From Vitrella brassicaformis CCMP3155 (taxonomy: Eukaryota > Protista > Chromerida): a stretch of DNA of 64,000 bases. The stretch covers positions 1 through 64,000 of the forward strand of contig CDMY01000340.1 in NCBI GenBank assembly GCA_001179505.1. The letters are read 5' to 3'. Of the stretch, positions 56,901 through 64,000 are shown in pieces. A program made the translations under genes and the position numbers. The notes under the pieces were generated by a model that worked only from the letters and a program-made list of their open reading frames with translations, had not been told where the DNA came from and did no database searches. Position 1 is the stretch's first letter. Every line of letters starts with the position of its first letter.

Positions 56901-57050
56901 CCACCCAACCGATCCACACACTCGAAGCAGAAGTCTGGCCAATCGCCCGTCTTCCAGTCCGTCGACGGCCAGCATGACGTCCGCCCAGTCAGGTCGGATG
57001 AGACCCACCAGCCTCATGCACGACAGGGCAGGCAACCAGGTGTATTGTAC
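51000..57050. repeat. About 6 kb microsatellite-rich region with no supportable CDS
   Basis: Dense GTCT, TGCC, TCCA, CACCA, GTT and CA repeats. The ORFs here translate the repeats and resemble no protein family. Confidence 0.6.
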
Positions 57051-57274
57051 AGACACAGCTAGATAGGTCGTCGGATCGGCTTTATCGCATTGTCTGTCTG
57101 TCTCCCCATTTGAGCAGCGGCATTTCTAACTAACGCGCCAGTCATTTGCAGCCAGTCCTCGCTCGACAACGTATGCACAGCGGCCACAACAACATATCCA
57201 CCTCGCCGTATCAGCACCGCTCCCTTCCAAGCCCAGGCCTTCTCCTGCTTGGGGCTGATCTGCATGGGACGAGC

Positions 57275-58882
57275 TCAGGTGGGCTGCCGGCGATTGTCAT
57301 CATATTCGCTCTCCAGTTCCTGCAAGCATGAAGGCATTGATTGGATTGCATGCCATGCGCCACGTCCATGTGCCGTCCGTCGTGGGGTTGGTAGCTCAGC
57401 TGACTGAGTGCTGCATGTCTTATGTGCTGACTGACTGACTGACTGACTCACCCTGAGCACCCCGATGGGTATCTTTATCGACAGAGCCGTCTGCACAAGA
57501 GCCTCGGCCTGACGCGCACACACACACACACACAGAGCATTCGAATGTGTCGTCGTGAGCATGGCATGAGTGTCTGACCTTGAGTGTGGTGGGTGAGCAC
57601 TTGAGGCGGTGCAGGATGGCCTCGAAGGACTCCTTGAACAGCTCATCTGCACCACACAGACAGACAGACAGGCAGGCAGCCGTCAACCATCGACGGATCG
57701 ACCAATGCACCCACCCGGAGGCTCTGTGTGTGTCGGCTCGGCTCGGCTGCTGACCTTGTTGGAGGGTGACGGTGGCCAGGGCGACTCGAAATACGATCTT
57801 GATGCCCTCCGCCAGGAAGATGTCCCACACACGCACCATCACCTGCACACACACAGATGCACACACACAGCCACGGGGGTGCGGTGCAATGGTGGGTGCA
57901 TCATAAATGTCGGTCTGTTGTGTGTTCCCTCTGTGTGTGACCTCGAAAGGGAAGTTGTATGTGAAGACGGTCATGAACCACTGGGACGCATACATGGTCG
58001 CGTCGACATTCTCGGCGCGCTACACACCACACGTACAACATACAGACAACAGCAGGGAGGGACATGGTTGATGGTGTCTGTCTGCCATGCCCACCAGGTG
58101 GTCGTGCAGGCGCGGCATGTGGGCCTGCAACAGGCGCTGGAACTGACACCCACACAGACAGATGGGAACGAGACACACGGTGGTGAATTGATGATCATCT
58201 CTTGTCAGTGTATGTGTGACCTGGTAAAAGTACTTGTCCAGCAGAGGCAGCCCGGGGCGGCTGTGCTTGCTGTGCTGACCCGAGCCCCGATCTCTCTCTG
58301 AAGAGTAAGTGTTTGGGGAAGGTGCGGCTGATGTCACGCGAGATGTCACCCTCACACACAGCCTCGGGCTCGCGAAGCAGACGCTGAATGACGCCGACAC
58401 ACAGACGTATACACACGCGCGTCTGCGTGTCTGCTTGTCTGTCTGTCCGGTGACCTGATAGAGTCCCTCAGGGTGTTTGTTGAAGAGGTTCCGCGAGGCT
58501 GCCAGCTTCTGCCACACAAAGCCGCGGAGGCAATCGGGGACGCCGTGACGGATCTTCTGCTTCAACTGCCAAGGCCAGATCACACACAAGGAACACACAA
58601 GCAATGCACTGCGATGGATGGATGGATGGATGCCGCCTCTCCACCCACCAGATCTCTGTTGTTTGTGCGGAATCTGTCGATGTCGATGCAGATAACCCGC
58701 CATTGGTGCAGGGACCGCAGATCATTGCGGTACTTCCACCCCTCGCCGCCCGACTGAGCCCTCTCCGCCGTCTCGGCCGGGAAGGAAGGAGCCGTCAGTG
58801 TGTCCAGCTCGCTGCGTGATTCATCATCTTCAGATGCTCCTTCGTCTGAAGGGACTGCTGCAGTCCGCATCTCACGCCGCAT
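57275..58882 (-). CDS. TBC-domain Rab GTPase-activating protein; central Gln-finger segment absent from this sequence
   Basis: IRHGVPDCLRGFVWQKL, DISRDISRTFPKH (Arg finger), PGLPLL, HMPRLHDHL, MYASQWFMTVF and VRVWDIFLAEGIKIVFRVAL. No YxQ motif found. Confidence 0.85.
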
Positions 58883-59019
58883 TTCGGTCCGACCTCCTCG
58901 CTTAGCTCGCGGGGTGCAGGGTTTGAAACCCTGAAAAAGGAAACCCTGAAGCAATTTTTGAGGAAAGTGAAAGTGAGAGCGGTGATTGGGTGTAGCTGCT
59001 ACTGAAGTGAAGCAGAGGA

Positions 59020-60967
59020 ATGACCTCCATCGCGATGCACCACCCGTCCGATGCGGATCTGCAAGCAGCCTTCTCAGGCCATCCCCCTTCCTCTTCTCCC
59101 CCTCCCCCTCTGCCCTACGGCACAGCAGGCTTCCGCGCAAACAGTGCCGTCCTCCTGCACGCCATGCACCGGTGCGGCATCTTCGCTGCACTGCGGGCCG
59201 TCAAGACCAACCAGACTGTCGGGGCGATGGTCACGGCGTCGCACAATGTGGAGCCGGACAACGGCATCAAGCTCGTCGACCCGACTGGCGGCATGCTGGA
59301 ACAGTCGATGGAGCCCATTCTGACAGAGTTTGTCAATGCAGACGATGCTGTCCAGGGCCTGCGGCGGTTGCTCGAGAAGATTGAAGCACAGCCAGGAGTG
59401 GCCAATGGTGGCGGGGGGCGAGTGGTGGTCGGGCAGGACACCCGGCAGTCGTCGGAGAGGCTCGTCAAGGCGGTCAAGGACGGGGCTCAGCTCATGGGAG
59501 TGGAGAGCATCGTCGACCTGGGTGAGGTGACCACGCCCCAGCTGCACTTCATTGTGCAACAGTGCAATGCCGCTGGAGCTGAGGGGCGAAGGATAGGCGA
59601 GTCGGTCTACTTCGAGCACTTTGGGGGCGCCTTTGCCAGGTTCTGGTCGCTGCTGCCGCCCTCCCCCTCCCCCGCCCCCGCCCCTTCATCCCTCTATGTC
59701 GATGCGGCAAACGGCGTGGGTGCCCTGAAGATCGCTCCGCTAGGCGAGCACCTCAGCGCCACGCTCTCCCCATCCCCTCTCTCGCTGTCGCTGCTCAACG
59801 ACGGCACGCAGCCGACAGACCAGCTCAACGAGGAGTGCGGTGCTGAGTACGTGCAGAAGATGCAAAGACTGCCGCGAGGCTTCGACGCTGCAGAGATGGT
59901 GGGCAAGAGGTGCTGCTCGATGGACGGCGACGCCGATCGGCTGGTGTACTTCTCTCCGGGCGGGGAGTCGGACCACCTCATTCTGTGTGACGGTGACAAG
60001 ATGGCCGCCCTCTACTGCACTGCCATTCAGCGGATGCTGGCCGAGATCGACCTGCAAGACAAGGGCAAGGGCCTGCGGGTGGGCGTTGTCCAGACGGCCT
60101 ACGCCAACGGCGCCTCCACCGCCTTCCTTGATCAGCTGCCTCACGTGGATGTGAGGTGCGTCAAGACGGGCGTCAAGCACCTGCACAGGGCAGCTGAGGA
60201 ATACGACGTCGGGGTGTATTTCGAGGCCAATGGCCATGGGACGGTGCTGGTGAAGCGGGAAAGGCTGGGCGAGTGGGCAAGCGTGGTGGAGGGGCGCGAC
60301 GAGAGAGCCTACGAGAGGTTGGTGGCCTTCCTGGGTATCTTCAACCAGACGACTGGGGACGCACTGGCCGACCTCCTGGCCACTGAGGCGGCACTCAAGT
60401 AAAGATGAGAGGAGGCTGATCTGATGTCTTCTGCACACCCCTTTGTTCTGTCTGTCTGTCTACAGGTACCTCAACATGTCATTTGCTGACTGGGCGGCCC
60501 TCTACACAGAGTTGCCCTGCAGACAAACCAAGGTCACCCAACAGATCCACGGTCCACACACGCGCTTTGTTTGTCCATTGTTCATTTTGTGTGTTCGTCC
60601 GTCCAGGTGGCGCTGCCCCGGTGGGTCTTGAATCGCCTACAGCCCCACCCAGAGCACGAGAAGACCCTCACCCAGCCCACTGAGCTGCAGGCAAGGGAAA
60701 CCACGGCTGCCTCACCCACACAAGCATCCATCGGGCACGTGTCGTGCTGTCACTCAGGCATCAGTCGACACCGCCGTCTCCTCACTCATCGCCCAGCACG
60801 GGGATGGCTACAGTGCTCGGGCGTTCATCCGCCCGTCGGGCACTGAGGACGTGTGTCGGCTTTATGTGGAGGCCACCACCGCCGAGGGAGCAGACCGCCT
60901 CAGTGACGAGCTGAAGGCGAAGATCAGTCAATTCGGTGCACAGATGGCCAAAAGCGTGATGAAATGA
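59020..60967 (+). CDS. PGM3: Phosphoacetylglucosamine mutase (AGM1/PGM3)
   Basis: YGTAGFR, VTASHN (phosphoserine loop), DGDADR (metal binding), GVYFEANGHGTV (sugar binding), GDALADLL and RAFIRPSGTEDVCRLYVEA. Exon 1 covers 59020-60399, followed by three 3' exons. Confidence 0.97.
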
Positions 60968-61162
60968 CAAAGCCATTTTGTAGTGGGGCAACAGACCCGT
61001 TTTTTGTCCGTTTGTCGTTACTTCCAAACGGACGCGACTTTTCCCTTTTCTCCCCTTCTCTGGAGCGGCGAGTTTTGACAGACACCTGATTGGCGCAGAA
61101 GGTGAGGGGCTCATCGTTCCTGTGTGGGGCGCCGCGGCCCCACCCCACATAGCTCGAGCCGC

Positions 61163-62699
61163 ATGGACAGGAGACTCCCGGCTTACGAAACGGCAGAAGG
61201 ACACAAGTCCGCAGAGGCCAGCTGTTCTCCCGTGCAGCTGTCCCTCTCCTCGAGCGGCCCTCCGACGAGGGGCTCTGATTGCTCCGCTGACACCCCCCTG
61301 TTCTGCACACATGCTGATCGGCTCGACTTGACTGAGAGGGGCGAGGGGTTTTGTCCTTTGCTGCACATACCCAACCACTGCATGAGCCCACACTGGGGAA
61401 ACGAGGACGTAAGCGAGCGAACACAAGCGACCCTCATCCATACCTATGATAGATACTCCATCGTCATTGTCTCTTCAGTCCACTGCTGGTGACCCCGGTA
61501 GTTCGTCCGCCTCATCGGCAAGTTCGTCCTCTGCCTCTGCGGCCTTCCCTGCCGTGGCCGAGCTCGGGCAGTCATCCCACTCCTCCCCTCACCTTATCAG
61601 TCCCAAAGGCGCGGGCGTCAACATACGGGAAGATGACAGCCACCGTTCGGCCGGCGCTGATGGGGAGGATGGTTTCTACGCCAAGGCCAAGACCTTCGGG
61701 TCAGTCGAGGGGCTGATAACCCACCGTGCGGCCACCAAGGGGAGGCTGACGACCTGGGCCGATGAGGAGGACGCCAAGAGCCAGGCAACCAGTCTGTATA
61801 TGGACGGGCAGACCACTCCTGAGCCCTACTACAAGGTAGGTAGGTAGGTAGGTATTATGGTGCATATGCACACGCTCTGGAGCAGCAAATGTCTCGAGTG
61901 GTCTGTCTGCATTAATGTCTCTGACTCACTGCTGTGGCAGGTGGTGTGTCGGGAGATCACTGAAAACGGTTTCGTGACGTTCTTCATGACTCTGCTTACG
62001 CTTTTTGCCCTGTTTGGCAAAGACATCTGGGCGGCAGCCGCAGATGCGGTCGGTGGGCCAGTGTGGTGGCTGCAGGGAGACAGGGAGGAGATGACTGTCC
62101 GACGTTGTGAATGTGTGTGTATGTGTGTGTAGGAACATGACGACGAGTTCAACATTTTGACCATGTTGTGTCTAGTGCTGTTCACTGTCGAGATGGTCCT
62201 CATGTCCATCGGCCAACAGGACTACCTTTTCGGCTTCTTCTTCTGCCTCGGTGTGTAGAGAGCACGGGGAATAGATAGATGGATGGATGGGTGGATTGCT
62301 GGGATGGGACGCGCCATGCCATCTCTCGCTCTCCCTGCCCCCTTCAGATGCCGTGTCCACAGCCTCCCTGATTCTGGACCTCACGTGGATCTCTGACGCC
62401 CTGCAATCAGGAGAATCGGTGGAGAGCGCATCCGCGGCCAGGTAAGAAGGTCTGTGTCCATTCATCCATCCATCCATCCATCCATTGATCCAAATGCACA
62501 CAGGACGGGTCGCACAGCGCGTGCCGGCAGCCGCGCCGGCCGTGTGGTGCGGCTGTTCCGCCTCATCCGCATTGTCAAGCTCTACAAGGTCATCATAATG
62601 CGCATCGGAGGCGGCAGCCACCCCAGCCACCCCAACCACCCCCACACACAGGGCAAAGGACCCCACAAACCACACACGGTACTTACTTGCAAAGGGACA

Positions 62700-62734
<35 letters not shown>

Positions 62735-64000
62735 GGAGAGGGGGAGTGATGGGTGTGGTGTGGTGTGGTGTGGTGTGGCGTGGTGTGCAGGGTGGAGGGA
62801 GGACGGCTCCCGGCGAGGAGCTGGACATGGAGGTCGGCGAGCCCGAGTATCCGAAGCCCGAGCAGGCAGACGAGGAAGAGGAGGAAGTCGGGGTGAGTTC
62901 GCACCGCACCCAGCTACAGTGGGTGTATTTGCTTGTTTGTGCTGCCTGGCCTGCATTGATCCATCCATCCATCCATCCATCTGTGGTGTGGATGAACGCA
63001 GGAGGAGACACGTGTGGGCAAGAAGCTGTCAGATCGGACGACGCGCCGAGTCATTCTCATCGTGCTGGCCATGCTCTTTCTCTTGCCCCTCTTCTCACCG
63101 GTGAATGACTGACGCATGGCGCTGCAGACTGACTGACAGAGAGACAGAGAGACAGACTGACACACCTGCACTCACGGATGCATCCTATCCTGTACGTGGG
63201 TGGTGTGTGACATCCCTCTCTCTGCCAGGGCTTTTGGGACTCTGAGTATCCGGCATCTGTCTCGTTTGGCCTCACCACACTCGACCAGTGAGTGAGGAGG
63301 GTGCTGGGTGCCTCTCTCTCACTTTGCGTGCATGTGATGTGTGTCTTGCCCATGCACCCATCCTTGTAGGCTGTATGCCGTCAAGGAGTCCTACCCCGGC
63401 AGCACCGCGCAAGAGGCCGAGTTCGCATGGGAGGCCGGCGTGCTCTCGTACATATCCTACCACAGGGTGACCGAGCGGCCCCACCAGCCCAAGATCCGGC
63501 AGCCCCGTGTGGTCCACATCATCTTGCCCGAAGCACTGTCGCTGATCGACCCCATTCCCGAGGAGCTGTCGCTCAGCGTCAAGAACATGACTGAAAAAAT
63601 CGAGATGTGGGACCTCAATGTCGGCCGAGAGGTCCTGGAGCGACTGCAGCAGCCGGCCATCGTCACTGATGAAGGGGTCATTCTCGACCCGGATGTCGAA
63701 TCGCTCAGTAAGTCAGTCCTCACACGGCTGGCTGCAGGCAGGGAGACAGACAGATCGATTGATTGATTGATTCATGCAGGCGAGCTGCGGAAAAGTGAGC
63801 AGGAGCGGCTCAAGGGGGAGTGCCACACGGTGAGACGGCTGACGAGACAGACACCTTGACGTCCCTCCCTCCTGATGGATGGCTCCTGTCCTTGCTCAGG
63901 TGACCTTCGACCGCCGCCCTTTCACTCGTTTCGAGGCGAACCTTAGCATCGCCCAGACGTGCTTCATCTGCCTGGTGTGTTGACTGCTGGCCGATTCCAT
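61163..64000 (+). CDS. Ion-channel-like/adenylyl cyclase fusion (ACalpha type), 5' part only; runs off the window
   Basis: TM segments FMTLLTLFALFGKD, LFTVEMVLMS..YLFGFFFCLDAVSTASL; S4-like RTARAGSRAGRVVRLFRLIRIVKLYK; ETRVGKKLSDRTTRRVILIVL; and FDRR...EANLSIAQTCFICL. This matches alveolate ACalpha architecture as I recall it. The cyclase domain is not in the window and the start is uncertain (61163 or 61382). Confidence 0.8.

Overview
A gene-dense window of eukaryotic nuclear DNA. It is GC-rich, has many short GT-AG introns filled with microsatellites (CA, GACA, TCCA, GGCA, CACCA), and contains two 300-N assembly gaps. The style and gene content, including an alveolate-type ion-channel/adenylyl-cyclase fusion, suggest a chromerid such as Vitrella brassicaformis; this is inference, not verified. 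About 22 spliced or intronless protein-coding genes can be reconstructed by hand. The recognisable ones are RPS9, a FoP/CHTOP-like RGG protein, a TM RING-H2 ligase, NADP-IDH, DUF4291, acyltransferase-3, a VWA protein, a saccharopine-dehydrogenase-like oxidoreductase, a CCDC174-like protein, a hot-dog thioesterase, a GT25-like protein, RPT6, DUF1365, a GPI-type fasciclin, a CCCH protein, a TBC Rab-GAP, PGM3 and a partial ACalpha. The most notable observations are: (1) a complete 335-bp Copia-type miniature LTR element (TRIM) with LTRs, PBS, PPT and a 5-bp TSD, which rewrote the C-terminus of the DUF4291 gene; (2) nine head-to-head gene pairs whose short spacers carry telomere-like (TTTAGGG) and GCGAGCT motifs; (3) a TBC gene missing its Gln-finger segment at an apparent 19-nt intron; (4) a possible DIRS-Gag-like domain fused to a CCCH protein; (5) a degenerate kinase. 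Exon boundaries were inferred by eye and gene coordinates are approximate spans.
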